64,000 nucleotides of DNA from the human T2T-CHM13v2.0 reference genome, Homo sapiens (GCF_009914755.1 NC_060939.1), one strand, 5' to 3'. Shown: positions 16,702-35,297, counted from the stretch's first letter. Numbers and translations are program-made. The notes: generated by a model not told the origin, from the letters alone.

Positions 16702-19693
16702 TTTGTTTTAGCCCATTTTCTGTTACTTAAAACAAATACCTGGAACTGAGTAGTTGATAAAGAAGACATATATATTTCTTACAGTTATGGAGGCTGAAAA
16801 GTGGAACGTTTAGGGGCCACATGTGGTGAAGTCCTGTTGCTTCTTGGGACTCTCCAAAGAGTCCTGAAGCCATGCAGGGTATCATATGGCAATGCAGTGG
16901 AGCTTGCTAACATGGAAGATCAGGTCTCCCCTCTTACAAGCTATCAGTTTTTCTGTCTTAATAACACATTATTCTAAAACTCATCAGTGTATTAATCCAT
17001 GAATGGATTAACTTAATCATAAGGGAAAACTCTTCATGATCCAGTCATCTTTTAAGGGTCTCACATCTCAGGACTGCCACATTAGGAATGAAGTTTAAAC
17101 ATGAGTTTGTGAGGAGAGCCCTCTACTTCTGGCTTTCTAAAAATCATGCCCTGTCACTTAAAAAAAATTGTTCCATTTCTATAGTTCAAGGCTTAAGTTG
17201 TTCCAGCACCAACCGAAAGTTCCAAAATCCAAAGTCTCATCTGTCAGCCTAACAAATCAAAACAAGTTATCTTCATACAAAATTCAGTGATTAGATTGTT
17301 AAGGCCCAATGGATTCATCTTGGCTGCTGCCCAGATAGAGCCACATTACCAAGACAGGGAAATTGCTATGTAGAGAAAACTTAGTACATGTAGAGCTGGC
17401 TAAAGGAGAGACCAGAGTTTTCTTATTACTCCAAACAGCCTCCCCAGATATTAAGAGGCTAGGGTTTTTATAGATAGTTTGGCATGCAAGGGGCTAGGGA
17501 AAGGGGAATGCTGATTGGTGGGTGTCAGGGATAAAATCTTAGGAAGTCAAAGTCATCTTCTCTTTCTGACTCAGTTCCTGGATGGGGGCCGCATGTCCAG
17601 ATGAGCCGGTTTACTGGTTTGGGTGGCACCTGCTGATCCATCAGTATGCAAGATCAGAAAAATATATCAAACACAAATCTTAGGTTTTACAATAGTAATG
17701 CTATTTATGGGAGCAATTGGGGAGGTTAGTAATATTGTGGCATCTGGATGTATGACTCCTGAGCCATACTTTATAACCCCATAGTTAATTTGTGAGTTTT
17801 ACAAAGGCAATATGGTCTCCAAACAATGAGCGGTTTTGTTTCAGGAAAGAGCTGTTACTATCTTTGTTTCAAAGTTAAGCTATAAAATAAATTCCTCCCA
17901 AAGTTAGTTTGACTTTTGCCCATGATTGAACAAGGACAACTTGGAGGCTGAAGGCAAGATGAAGTCATTTAGGTCATCCCTCTCACTGTCACAATTTTGT
18001 CAGTGTTACAGTTTTTACAAAGATGATTTCAATTCTCTTTTTGGGGTTTTACTGCACATTATTCTTAAGGTGTGAGGCAGGCAGTTGGGAAGAGGCTGAA
18101 GACTAACTTCTTCCTGCCAACAGGGCTTGTACTTGGGATAGGGTTTGGCCCCAGGGTAAATGGAATGAAACTGCTTTGCAGCTGCCTGCATGTATTCACA
18201 GGTGCCTCGTTGGGGTTCCTAGGCTTGCATGACAAAGATGTTAGTACGCTCATCCACAATTTTAGTACAGCACTTAAGTGAGCAGCAGACTGTAGGACAA
18301 TGAGTCCTAATGTAAGAAGTAGAAGTCCGAGCTTCAGAAGTCCTTATATAATTCATCTAAATTCCTGAGGGATTCAGGGGAATAGCCCCAAGAACCAGTC
18401 AGACATGGGGTCAGTAGTCAAGATAGATTTGAGCCATAAGTTGTTAGAAAGACAAATTGGAATAAATGGGAAAGAGTAAATTTATATATACCATTCCACA
18501 TCTTTTTAGTTAATTTCCTAGTCCTGCAAATAGATTCATTCAGTTAAATATTTACGTTTCATTTTAGAAAGTAGAATTGCAGATGGACTAGGCCTCTATT
18601 TGTGATGAAGGCAGAAAAAATTTTTAATAACAGGCATTTGAACAGAAATAGAAAAAAACTACAAAGGTTAATGTTGAGCACAGTGTATCCACATGATAAA
18701 CTCAAATATTTTTAAGGCAATGGCAGTCTGACATATTTTCAAATCACCTGTATCACAAGAAATAAGCATCTGCGTGCAGGGCTTCAGGAAAGAGGTAATA
18801 GCAATTTCATTGAGTCCAGGTCAGTAAAAATGGAAGAAAAATTGGAAAGTGTTAGTTTGGGGGTATTTGGCTCTGAAAGAGTTCAGAGTTTTCCAAAGTG
18901 CAGAAAATAATTAAAAGCTCAAAAACAATGGGCAAGACTAGAATCTTAACAACAGGTCTGCTATAGTATTTTTCTGAAATATAATTTTTCTTGTTCTAGT
19001 TCTCATTTTTATTAAAGACACATCATAGTAGGACACATTTATTTACAAAATAAGTTTTGGCATTATTATACCTAGCCTTATTATTTGCATAAAGTGAAGC
19101 AAGAATAATTATTTGCCATATTAGCTGTTTCTAAATTGGCTTTGCTGGAACTTTGTTTTAGATTAGACATTTTTAAAAGCCTTGAGTCAACCCATGGATT
19201 TATCTGTGTCTACAAATGCGTGTATGGATTGGGTGAATTCCTCTCTTCTTGACATCCCAAGATAACATGGGGATCGTAGACCTGTCAGAAAGTAACATTT
19301 TTCCCTATCTCTGGTCAGGAACCCTGTACAAAGACTGCGCAGACAAGGTATGAGGCCAGATTCCCCCCCAGGGCTTTCATCATTTCTATTAGTCAATTTG
19401 AATTCCTTAAGGCAGTCTGTTTATATGTGAAAGTATGTCATTCCACTGGTAAAATAGGCATATTTTGGTAAAATAACCAGTGTATCCAGTTGTTTCCTGT
19501 TATAAAAGAAAACAGATTCTTAAATGTAAATAACGAATTATCCATATGTTTAAAAAAAATAAACAATTTTCAAATTCTGGAGAAACCAGGCAGAGAGAAA
19601 TAATGCTTCAAATTTTACTCACAGGAGTATACTTCACTCCGTTGTTAAAAGCTCAAAACAAAACTCAATTGTTAAAAGCTCAGCTGACACTGA

Positions 19694-20161
<468 letters not shown>

Positions 20162-20351
20162 TGACACTGGGCCAGTAGTCCTCATGAAAATATCAGCTAT
20201 CTATGAAAGTATGTTTTTTCTATTTCACTGGCACAGTCTCTATCAGAAACCTGTATTCAAAGAACCTTTCATAAAGCAAATCACTTTTTGAAAAGGATCA
20301 AAATAATGCAACAGTTATCTGTGGATGACAAACGTTTCAGGACAGCCATTG

Positions 20352-20964
<613 letters not shown>

Positions 20965-21595
20965 ATGAGGACAGCCATTGTTAAAGACACAGTCAACAAG
21001 AAAATCTGGTCATCTCTGTGGCACATAATAATTTAACATAATCATAATTATTACTAATCACAATGAAATGAGGATTATAGGAATCATAATTTTGGAATAC
21101 ATATTTACATTTATATAAATATAATGCAAAGAAAATTCAACACCATTTTGTATTTGACAATGTTTTCTGTGTGGTCAATATACCAAATAAGGCAAATACG
21201 TCTTTTGGAGTTCAGCGGACCCAATACTTAAAAGGTTAATTAGGTAGAAAAAAAAAAGACTTAATTTACAATTTGATTTTTCAAAGTTTTTCAAATATTA
21301 AAGGTTTAAAACACTTCATATCACAAAATGGAATCCCAGATAACCACACATCATTTATTTAGAAAATAACTCAATTTCAAAAAGTCAAAAATCTCTACTC
21401 ATTGATAGAGAAGGGAGACTCATCTCTCCAAACAAGAACCAATAAAGACAGCATGAGGCCGACCACATCTGTCTCTTCTCTCTCGGTGTTTTTCAGTTTA
21501 TTTAAAAGGCGAACAAAAATATTTTATTATCCTTCAATATTATACAAAAGCCTTGTTCAAAGAAAAAAAAAAAACAAATTTTACCTCTGCATTAG

Positions 21596-22085
21596 TGTAG
21601 CGGGAAAGTCAGAGAACTGGAGAGACTGAAGGGGTTCAGGAGGGTTTGTTTAAGGTGTACACCAGCTCAGTGGACTTGCATCCAGAAAGTCTGAGCATCA
21701 AACAAAGAAAGCACGTGCCTTTTATGCATTTGGGGCAGGAAAAACATGAAGTGGGAAGCAGATTTACAGAAGTGAGAACAAAAGCAGTTAATCTTCTTGT
21801 GACATGTCTTACATCTTGGGGAAAAAACATGTTTTGCAGCTTGTGCTTATCTTGTGGCCTTGCAGCTGCACAGCTAGAAAAACAGGAACTTACAAAATTT
21901 GCAGAGGGTAGATATGGTTAGTGTTTCACAGAAGGGCAATTAATAGTCTGTCTTAACTCCATTTTCGGGGTAGGGGTTACCTATAGCCCTCTTAGCCCAG
22001 GCTTAGCATTCTATGGAAGAAACTATTACTATGTCATTACTGTTTCATTTTTACTATTTCTGTTATTATTATTCTCTCTGCTTCA
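21596..22085 (-). mobile_element. Solo LTR, possibly LTR22 (HML-5)-like
   Basis: TG..CA ends, duplicated ttag flank, host reads through ctctgcattagtgtactatt; family from recall only. Confidence 0.6.
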
Positions 22086-22333
22086 TTAGTGTACTATTAA
22101 TATTAAACCCAATTTTTATATAAAACCTTATAAACACATTATCTAATCTAAATCAGTTTGATTATAAAGTAAGAGTTTCATAAATATTTTATGGCATTTT
22201 ACAATTGTATACTAAAGAGCAGATTAATGCTCCATGAAAACTCCATTTATCACACACAGGGCTGCAGACTCTGGGCCTATATCAGTGTACATTTTATTTT
22301 AATGTTTATTCTGTAGAAAAACTAAGTAATCCC

Positions 22334-22670
<337 letters not shown>

Positions 22671-25600
22671 TCATACACAGAACTTTCTTTACAAGTTCAA
22701 TCTTTTATAAATCTATAAGTTGCTTAAACCTTCAGGTTTTCCTTTTTAACTTGAGATGATTTTTTAAAATCCTCTAAATTAGACAAAATTATTTTAACAT
22801 TTTTATGTCTTTGTATAATTTTTTACCAAAACATATAATTTTTATATACCTTTCATGTAAATCTTTTTTCAGTAGTCTCAATTATGTATATTACAATGTA
22901 GAGTCTTAACAACTTTTATTTTTAGTGAACTCAGTGTTAATTTTGTACCAAGTACAGAGCCTAGGACACAGGACAGAACTGTAGATAATATCGGACCCTT
23001 TCCAGCATAGTTACAGGGCATAGCTAACTCAACATGTCCCCCAGTCCTTATCTAGAAGCTAATGCCTCTAATGCAGGCAGATTAGGCAATTATAAAAAGT
23101 CTCAGAAGCAGTTTATAACCTTAAATCATTTGGCAAAGACAGTATCTGACCTGCCTAATTTAGACCAAATATTTAAATATTGAAGACATTTTAATTTTAT
23201 TTTACCAATAATCTATAAAACTGTCTTTATTATTCACAGATTATTAGAGTCATGTGAACTAAAAGGCAATGTAGTTAATTTTCTTGTGATAAAATATTTA
23301 AGTGCATTATATAGACATGCCAATTCATTAGAGCTCTTTTAAATATTTTGGTAGTGAAATATTATACTTATGAAGCATATCAATAAACAGACATAGAGAA
23401 GCTGTGACTTCAATGTGTCCTTTCAGACTGGGTGCCTGACATGAATAAAAAATTCCAACCCTCCATATGTGGGAGAAAAAGGGACAGTACTCTCACATGG
23501 TTACAAAGTTAAGTTCTCAAGGACAAAAAATGAGAAAAGAGGAAAATGTCACTTTTTTTTTTTTTCAGGAACCTGCAAGAAAGTTTGTAACTAACCAGTG
23601 CGCAGGGCCAGCTCAAACACTGAGTTTTTAGGGGTCTTAGGCCTACGTTCTATTCTGTGGTACTCCTCTCTATGACAGATTGACAACCGAATGACAAAAA
23701 GTTTAGTCACATAGATCTGTTTTTCTTCTAATCAAAACTTGCAGAGGAGACAAACAGTGACTTTTACAATTCATTCCACTGGTTTTGCACAGGGAGAGGT
23801 TGGCTGGTAAGAAATTTTTACTTTTTTGCTAGCTTGCCAGTTTTCCAAGTTCCCTTTGCAGCTTCCAGGAGAATGGAGCAACTTTTGATGACCCTGTTTT
23901 CTGCACCATATCTGTGGGGGCCAAGCTGTGTTACAAAATTTTGCAAGATGCCACCCAGTGGGCCGCAATGGGAACCAAATTAACACTCCTCATGTTGGCC
24001 AGAGCAAAATGCATGTGACAAAATACAGATACTAATCACCCCACTCACCATCAAAGTATTGATTTGGCAAAGCTTTAACTTGTTGCCATTGGCCCCTGTC
24101 ATCTTTGATCCACTCAAGATAGGGAGAGATGACCTCCAAAAAGTAGTTTCAATGGGTGCTCCCCAGGTAACATGGAAGGGTGGATGGTCACCCTCAGTTA
24201 GACCTATTCAGCTCCTGCTAGCAGTTCCTGTAACGCTCACTAAACCCGAATGATCAGACAAACTAGGAAAGCCTGCAGTAATTCCATCAACAATTTCTTC
24301 AGAGATCTCCTCCATACATGCAAACTCCCTCAATGAAATACAGAAAAACAGAAGGCCTTCCAAACCAAAATTTCTGATCAAATCCAAACCAGAAGAGTAT
24401 TCCTCCAAACGTGTCCCCTATTCCCTTCCAACTGGAGAGAGAAATCTCCTCAAACCAAGACTCTTACTACAATTCAGGGAGATACAGGCAGACCCCATGA
24501 TGGGGCCACAGTACCTTTGAGGCCAACAGAGCCTCTTCCTGCAATCTAGGGAGAGCTGGACAGTTCCCATGATAGAGCTGCAATGCCTCTAGAGGGGCCA
24601 ACAGATCAGGAGAAGTGGAATACTCACCAAACCAGCTAACATTTTTCATTCCAGGAATTATTTCTCTATTCCAGTTAGATCCATACACTGTGGGTAAGTA
24701 GCACCCTGCTGGTAGATACAGTGCCAGAGACAGCCTTTATTTGAAGAGAACTAGGCAGAAAATTGGGCTGTTCTCCAGATCTGCCACTAGTGAGAGATTG
24801 GCAAACACAAGGGATATATCCCTATGAGCTCCTAAGTTTGTAATGGCCTCATGGGTTCATCTTGACTGATGCCCAGATGGAGCCAATTTATCAAGAGGGG
24901 AATTACTATAGAGAAAGGGTTTGATACTTGTAGAGCCAGGTAAACAAGAGACAAGATTTATATTATTACTCAAAGCAAGCTTCCAAAAAAATCTGAGGTT
25001 AGGATTTTTTTGTAGATAATTTGGAATGCAGGAGGCTGGAGAATGGGGAATTTAGATTATTTGGGTCAGAGATGAAATTATAGTAAGCAGATAGGAGGAC
25101 AGATAGGCAACAGGAGGACATCTCCTCTTGCATTGTGTCAGTTCCTGTGTGGGGGCCACAAGTCCAGATGAGACAGGTTACTGTTTCGGGAAGCACCAGC
25201 TGATTCATCAGAATACAAGGTCCGAAAAATCCCTCAAACTACAATCTTAGGTTTTACTGTATTAATAGGTTATCTATAGGAGCCGCTGGGGAGGTTAATA
25301 GTCTTGTGGCCTCTGGCTTTATGACTCCTGAGTAATACTTTCTAATCTTGTGGTTATTTTCGTGTGTTTGCAGGAGTGGTCTAGTCCCCAAACAATGAGG
25401 GGATTTGTTTCAGGGAGGTTCTCTTGTCATCTTTGTTTCAAAGTTAAGCTAGCAACTAAATTCCTCCCAAAGTTAGTTTGGCCTTTTCCCAGGAATGAAC
25501 AAAGGCAGCTTAGAGGTTAAAAGGCAAGATGGCGTCAACTTAGGTCATCTCTCTTTCACTGTCATAATTTTCTGTTACCATTTTTGCAAAGGCAATTTCA

Positions 25601-26570
25601 GGATAAGCATAATGTACACATTCCCTTTCTAAAAGAGAGAAATGGACAAAAAGTAACAGTCTTCAAGCAAATTTGAAATCGAGCAGGGCAACCATTACAT
25701 CTTAAAGCTGGGGAATATTTTTTTGACTCTTTCTCTGACTCCTGAACACACTGGGGTAAAGGTTGGACTCACAGGCCCTCGGGTACTATCACTCCTATGG
25801 CTTTGCTTGGTACATTCTCCGTGGGTGCTTGTACAGGTTGCAGTCAGGTACATGAAGTTTTCCAGGGCAGACATTGCATGCTGTAGGTGACTACACATTT
25901 CTGGGGGGTCCCGGTAGTGGTACCACTTCCTCAACTTTGCTAAGCATTACCCACATGGAACTCTGCAGTGACCTCACTGCTGTGGCTTCACTTAGCATTG
26001 CCCTGGTGGGCACCCCTTGCAGTAGCTCTAACCCCACATTTGTGTTTGGCATCCCTCTATTTGGGACTCTCTTCAGTGGATCTGGCCCTGTGACAAGTGT
26101 CTTTTTGGACTTCCAGGCTTTCAGAGAAATCCTTTGAAATTTGTAGAAACTGCCAAGCCTCTACATATCTTCATTTCTGTAAGCCTACATGATTAGCACC
26201 ACATGGACACCTCCAAGGTTTAGGGCTTGTACCTCCCAGAGCTCTGGGACATAAGCTCCACCTGGGTTTATGGTAAGCATCTGGAATGAGCAGAGCAACA
26301 TCCTAACAATGTGCAGGGCAGTGGCCCAGGCTGTCCCCAGAAACCACCCTGTCCCCTTAGGCCTGTCGGCCTGCAATGGATGAGGCAGCCTAGAAAATGA
26401 CTGAAATGGTTGTAGGGGCCTCTTTCCCGTTGTCTTGACTACTAACAGCTGGCTGTGCTTTAGCCATTGTAATTTCTGGCAAGCTATGGCTCTGCGACAT
26501 CCTTGGATTTTTCTCCTGAAAATGCTCTTTCATTCTCTACCACATGGCTAGGCTGAAAATTTTTAGAATT

Positions 26571-26574
<4 letters not shown>

Positions 26575-26610
<36 letters not shown>

Positions 26611-26617
26611 TGTGTGT
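26575..26617. repeat. (TG)n microsatellite
   Basis: about 20 TG units with one interruption. Confidence 0.97.
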
Positions 26618-26795
26618 TTTCTCTAGCAGTTCACCTTAAGCAGTTAGAAGTAACCACACACACAGCTTAGAAGTAATATGAACACTTTGTGGCTTTAGAA
26701 ATTTTTTCTGCCAGATTACCTAGTTCTTCAGTCAGTAGTCAGTGTCTTTACAAAGCCCTTGGCATGGACACAGTTCAGCAAAGTTATTTGCCAAA

Positions 26796-28136
<1,341 letters not shown>

Positions 28137-28181
28137 TAACAGAGATGTTCTTTAGTTTCCAATATTGTTTTTCCTTAGTTG

Positions 28182-28780
28182 TGATACAGCTCCGATGAGT
28201 GGAGGAACACTAGGGCTCTTCTCTCACGCCAAATTAGATAAGATGACATGGACACACATGGAGTGGTTTTAAGGAGTGGAGAGTTTAATAGGCAAGAAGG
28301 GAAAAGAAAGAAAACAGAGGGAGGGCAGCTCCAAATCCAAGAGAGGAGACCCCATGTGCCACGGAAAAGTGGCTGCTTATATGAGTAGGCTGGAGGAGGT
28401 GGTGTCTGATTTGCGTAGGGCTCAAGGGATGGGTTTGACCAGGCAAGTCACTCAAGTAGCCCTCAAAAAAACTGGCCCTCCCACCCTAGACTTTTAATAT
28501 GCAAATGCAGAGCACCATGATGTTTTAACACATGGGGATATGTGGGGGTGGCCATGTTGCCAGGCACATGTGGGGGCAAGGAAGAAGAGGGCAGGAATCA
28601 CCATCTTTGGGTAGACTCAGTTTCTAATGGCCCGTATTTGCATATCAAAGGTTGCAGACCTGGCTCTAAGAGCCAGGGCTTTCCTGCTAGACAAGAAACG
28701 TTTCTGGAGCTGCTTTAAAAGACACACAAACTTTCCAAGGACCCCTTTTCCACTGTATTTGCTTAATAACTCCTATAACA
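28182..28780 (-). mobile_element. ERV1 solo LTR (MER61-like)
   Basis: TG..CA ends, perfect 4-bp TSD gttg. Confidence 0.78.
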
Positions 28781-29251
28781 GTTGCATCTGAAACCTTGTC
28801 AGCATAGCCTTTAGTCTCCATAGTTTTATCAGCAGTCTGGTCAAAACCACTTCATCAATCTCTAAGGACTTCCAAATACTTCCCAGTCTTTTTGTCTTCT
28901 GAATTGTCACAAGAACACAGGGTTTTTCTAGTCTGCCTCTCAAGGTTCTTTTAGCCTCTGCCCACAACCCAGTTTGAAAGCCACTTTCACATTTTTAGAT
29001 ACTCAGTTTCAACAGCAACCTATTTCTTATTACCAATTTTCTGTATTAGTCCCTTTTTTCTGCTTATAACAGGATACAAAATATTGGGTCATTTATAAAG
29101 AAAATAAATGTATTTCTTATGATAATACACTGATAACTTACATCAGCTGTTAAGTCCGAGGCTGAGGGGCCACATCTGGTGAGAGCCTCTTGCTGGTGGG
29201 GACTCTCTAAAGAGTCCTCATGACATGCAGGATATCAGCTGGTTAGGGGGC

Positions 29252-29726
29252 TGTTAGAAACAAGTGCTTGGTGTTGCTAAGAAAAAGGAGCACTTAGAAA
29301 ATTTCTTAGCAAGGCACATTTGCTTCTGCAGAAGGGTGCTGCCTGTGTCTGTCTAATGGCAAGAGTACACTGAGTGGGGTAGGGCAGGGGTTTTTATCCT
29401 TAATGCAATCTCTGTTGCTATGTCCTTTCCCCATTGGCTGGAGTTAGACCACACAATCTAAGCTAACCTGATTGGCTACTGTTGGAAATTGAATATGGTT
29501 AATTAGGCAGGAAGGGAGAGGCTGTTCGTTGCTAAGGTAGGAAGGGTTGTTTACAGAACAAATACAAGGCATGTCTGGGCACAGCGAAGGGTTGTTTACA
29601 GAGTAATAGATTTGCTAGTTAAAGATTAAGGAGAGAAACATGCTTGTTACAGATCAAGCAGAAAAGGCTGTATGTAGAGCCAGAAAGACCAAGAAAGCTT
29701 TGAAGAGGAACTTATTATTTCTGGCA
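29252..29726 (-). mobile_element. ERV1 solo LTR inside the MST 5' LTR
   Basis: TG..CA ends, 4-bp TSD gggc; family not assigned. Confidence 0.78.
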
Positions 29727-29955
29727 GGGCTGAGCATGCTAATGCAGGTCTTTTTTCCTTTAACAAAACCACCAATGGCCCTCACATGATAACCCGTTAA
29801 TTTATGTATCCATGAATGAATGGATTCATCCTTGAGGGCAGGCCAGTCATGATTGATTGAAACACCTCTTAAAGGCCACACCTCTGAATAACTGCCACAC
29901 TGGGAATTACATTTCACAATGAGTTTGGTAGGGGACAAATATTTCAAACACAGAA

Positions 29956-31690
29956 GACACAAGGAGATCTGTATTCCAGACATACTCTTCTGTCCTCCAT
30001 TGTGGAGTACTTGTCCAATTTCCCCCTGGTAATCTGGATCAATTACCCCAAACAACAGTGCAACCCCCCTTCTTAGGCTGTTGGTTCAGGGACCTGAAGA
30101 TTTGAAAGTGGCTAGGTGGGCCATTCTCATTATAATCTATTGATTCCTGAACTATATGTAAATTCTGGTTTGGGGAGAAACAGCACCATATAATGGGTGC
30201 TGATTCACGGGACGTATAGCCTTCCAGAGAACCTTGCAACAGTCTCCTAAAGTACTGTCACCTAGCAAGTGCTGGACCCGAAGTCTCCAAAGGACATCCC
30301 GTAATTTTATCAAGCCACTTTCTTCAGGATTACAGACGACATGGTAAACTCACAGAAGTTTCTGAGCATGAACTCACTTCTGCCCCTCTTTGTCTGTGAA
30401 ATGAGTTCCCTGTTCAGAAGTGATGCTGTGTGAAATACCATGATGGTAGATAAGGTATTCTGTATGTCTATGGATGGTAGTTTTCACAGAATAATTATGT
30501 GCTATTTCTTTAAATTTCTATAAATTTCAATTTATAGAAAGAGTAACTATCTTACTATTCAGGGAAAGACAAAATGCTGCCCCTTCCTTGATGAAAGCTG
30601 CCCAAGGTAATCAGCCTACCACCAGGGAGTTGCCAGATCATCCTGGGGAATGGTGCCATATGAGGGGCTCAGTGGGTGTTAATTTCTGCTGCTGACAGTT
30701 TGAGCACTCAGAGGGAGCTGTAACCTGGTTGGCTATGGTGAGTGGAATTCCAGGTTGCTGTGTGCATGCATAATCCCATCCCTACCACTGTGGCCGCTTT
30801 ATTCATGAGTCTAGTGGGTGATGACACAGGTGGGTGGGGAATGAAACTGACTAGTGTCATAGAGTGCATTATCCCATCCACTGGATGATTAGAGTCCTCC
30901 TCTGCTGAGGTGACCATCCTTTGGTGAGCATCCACATAGGACACAGATGTTTTAAATTTTTGGCCACTCAGAGAGGTCTATTCCTGTACCACTCCTGCAA
31001 ATTGCTTTGTCACCAATTTTTCAATCATGTATTTTTAAAGACCCTGACCATCTGGCCTAACCATTGGCTGCAACCCTTGGATCATTGTATAATTACACTT
31101 CTGAGCAGATTTTCTTCTAAGCAAAGTGCACAACTATATGCCCTCCTTAACATTCTGCTGATTGAGATCTCCCTTTTCTACTAAACTTCAGCAATGGCCC
31201 AGATAGGGGCTGTAGTGCCACAGCTGTACAGTTTTGAGTGATGCCTGCATATTGTGCAGAACTGTCAGTAAGTGAGGCTCTAGCCTTCTCTTCTTCAACT
31301 GGTTGTAGTTGAGGCCATGATACATGCTTCTAGAGAGAAGGCGGTGTAATGGGAGTGGAGACCATGGGTATTTGGACACTTTATGTATCTTATTTGTGCC
31401 TCCTCAGCCTTTTTGGGACCAGTTTTGTATATACTAGTCTCATGTGATGATGGTGCTGTGCACATCCAACTTTATGTCTTGGTATGACAGACAATGCCCA
31501 GTTCATAATGGGCAGCTGAGGCTGCCTGGTAACTTAATGGCCCACAGTCATGCATTTCATTTTTGTTAAGACCCAGTGACAAGCCAAGAGCTGCTTATGA
31601 AAATAATAGTAGTTATCTGTGGATGATGGCAGGGCCTTGCTGCAAAATCTGAAGGGCCTCCTCTGAATTCACCTGTAGGTATCACTGGTA
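29956..31690 (-). pseudogene. ERV-L pol: RT tether, RNase H, integrase, dUTPase remnants
   Basis: GVIDPDYQGEI (ORF 29654..30055), VDAHQRMVTSAEED (ORF 30708..30944); many stops and frameshifts. Confidence 0.88.
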
Positions 31691-32234
31691 AACTGGGCTC
31701 TTTCCTCACTTTTGATTAGTTGTACAGAAAGAACATTTAATTGAAAAAGACACTTAGGTTTTATTTGATGGCCAGCGACTGGAGAAGGCAAGCTCTTTCT
31801 TTAAATGCATGAACAAAAGGCATGGGGTTCTTAAGGACTAGCTGTGGGGGAATGAAAGGAATATTAGCATGTGTGGGGTGGGACTCCAGATGTGCAGGCT
31901 CAATTTGTAAACATATGTCTTCATACATCACATATGCACAGAATAGCAGAGATACTCTTTTACGGGTGGGAATTTTAACATTATAATAATATGTTAATGA
32001 CCTGAAGGTAACTTAAGGTTGCGTGTTCCAGACTCCTTCAGTTTCATAGAGTCTTATCTTTCTCTGTATCTGGTCAGGTGTCAGGATGCTCTGGCATGTT
32101 CCTAGGCCATCTGGTTTCCTTCAGCAGCTGTGCCTATAAATAAGGAACTTAAGAAAAAGAGTAGGAAAAAGGAACATTCCCAGTTATTTCATCAGGACTG
32201 TCCTAGATGACCTCTGTTTATTTTCTCCTCATTC

Positions 32235-33650
32235 TTGACGGCTGCTGAGGGGCAGGGGTCCAACTTTTGGAGCTACTTCCTGATGTTTATGGGTGTTGTC
32301 ACTTGATAAATTAGAGGAGCAAAACCTTTCCCTTGCTATTCTAAGGTAGATCTGATTGTCTCTAGGCTGCAACCCCAATTGCTCATATCCCTGGGTGATT
32401 ACCCTCTGCAGCTTGATTGCTTCCAGTCTCATTCTTAACCTGAATACTGGGGTCAAAAATTGATTAAAAACAGGATCATCACCAGCAGGCCAAGCAGGAA
32501 CAAAGTATGGTTGAACAGGACACTCTTTATTGCACTCCAGATGTCCTTAGAGCTGCTCTTGGTCAACACAAAGGAGTGAGGCCGTTCTTCTTGTTTGAAT
32601 ATTTGCTTTATTTTAGCTTCTATCTCCATAGAGGGTTTAACCCAGGTGCAACAAGTGGTATTGGTGATCACACATACTCTTGTTTATTTTGCCAGGAGCT
32701 AGTCTAAGGCTAACTGATTGTCCAGCACTACATTAGCTAGCCGATTGAAAGAAGGTTGTATATTTTGAATAACCTTCCTGGTATTACTTGCTAGATTTTT
32801 TGTTTGGGTTGTGTTTATTAGGGTATCCTCATGTACGTACAGTGCTTTTCCCCACTCACGGGTCAGCCAACTCTACAGCAAGTCCTCGAGCCAGGAGCAT
32901 CCCAAGACTCATCTTTGGCCTACTGTAATGGCAGGTTGTATTATGAATGGTTATCTCACTGTATTCCATAACACCTGTTGTACATTGTCCTATATGTATT
33001 TCATTATCTACAGCAGGGTGATCTACCACTAGCAATGGGGAGGAAAAAGTAGCAGCAGAGGAGCTGTTAGGGAGGTGGTGGTGAGGAGAGCCGCAAATGA
33101 CCACATACTTTGGGGATGCACAAACCCTTGTGGGAATGCGGAAGTTTAGCCCATGAAGTAACTGAGAGCCTCAAGGGGGAGGGGAAGTCTTCTGACAATG
33201 ACAGAGGGCCCTCTTGAGTTCAGGTGAAATTTATATTTCTTATTGGAGCTGGAAATATTGCTGGAGGAGGGGGTGCATAGTAGAGTCAACAATATTTTTC
33301 ATTTCCTGAGGTGAGTGCTAGACTACAAAAGTAGTTGATTTTAGGAGCGGGATCCATGCAACCCATATGCTGAGAATTTCTCAGGTAGACAGCAACAGGT
33401 GTAGGTGGTTAGATTTCCATGGCAGCATTCTAAGGTTGAAACCACCTTCCCGAAGGTACACACTGGGCCCTGCGCCCCCAGTCTTGGGGTACCTGTGGTT
33501 ATATAGCATTCAGACAGATTGTTTGCACTGGCTATGTAATATGGGAAAATTTGACTGTCGTGTTGGTGTCCCAGAGACCCTTGGATGTTGAGGACTAAAA
33601 GGACCAAGTGGTATAAGAAAAAGTCAGAGTAAAGTTTTACTTACCTAGCT
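32235..33650 (-). pseudogene. Decayed gamma-type env
   Basis: IASANNLSECYI (CWIC-like), RPKM/SLGMLL (decayed furin site and fusion peptide), LANVVLDNQLALD*LLA (ISD), CVITNTTCC (CX6CC), TM LFLLGLLVMILF, RLEAIKLQ tail. Confidence 0.88.
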
Positions 33651-34542
33651 TAAGTATCCTGAGGTGGCTAAGAGATGAGGAGGTAGAGGGTGAGATAGTT
33701 CAAGGAAACACTGTGGGACTATCAGGGAGTCCTGAAGGTGTATAGTTAAGATATATGTAATTTTCTATCAAGATGCCAGGAGGGCCACAAGTCAGGGATA
33801 CATGATCAAGATGATCTGGAATAAAAGGAAACAGATCTCTAAGCCAGAGACCAGCTTTGAGGACTACAGGACAAGCCCTAATGCCATCAGATAGCCCACA
33901 AGAACACTCCTGGCGGGTAGAGACATTTAAGTGTTACAGCAGCGACCGTTTAGATGGGTCAAAGTATCCTGTACTTATATTTTTGGGAGTCAGGTTGGTT
34001 TTTCAGAAGAGCAATTTTAAATCTGAGATGGGTTAAGCCTGGTACGAGGGAATTTACTGCACTGGTGCATCCACTCATTTCACTCATGTGTGATGAAGCT
34101 GCGGGGTGACTCCCTGAAGCTTTAAGGCAGCATGTGTTGTCAGAATCACCACGTATGGCCCCATTCGTTTTGGACCTAATTGCCTCTCTGGACTTTGAAC
34201 CTTCCAGATTTTCAGATATACCTAATATCGATGGACATAAGGATGCAGAACCAGGTCTGTCGGTGATGGAGAATCCTGGTTTCTATAAGCTGCAAGAACA
34301 CGGGCCACGTTCCTAATATGTAACGCATATTTTAGTTGTTCCAGTTCCTGTAGGCTCAACCACTTCCCTGTGGTTGCCTCTGGGATTGATCTCCCATACA
34401 TTGAACACCGAGTTAAAATGCACTCAGTTAAAATTATTTTGGGGGGTGCAGTCCTTATTCTAAGGAGAACTATGGTAAGAGAGGAAGCCAGTTTTTGTTG
34501 GTTTCCCAGCACAGTTTAGCCAACATTCTGTTTAAGCTTTAG

Positions 34543-35297
<755 letters not shown>

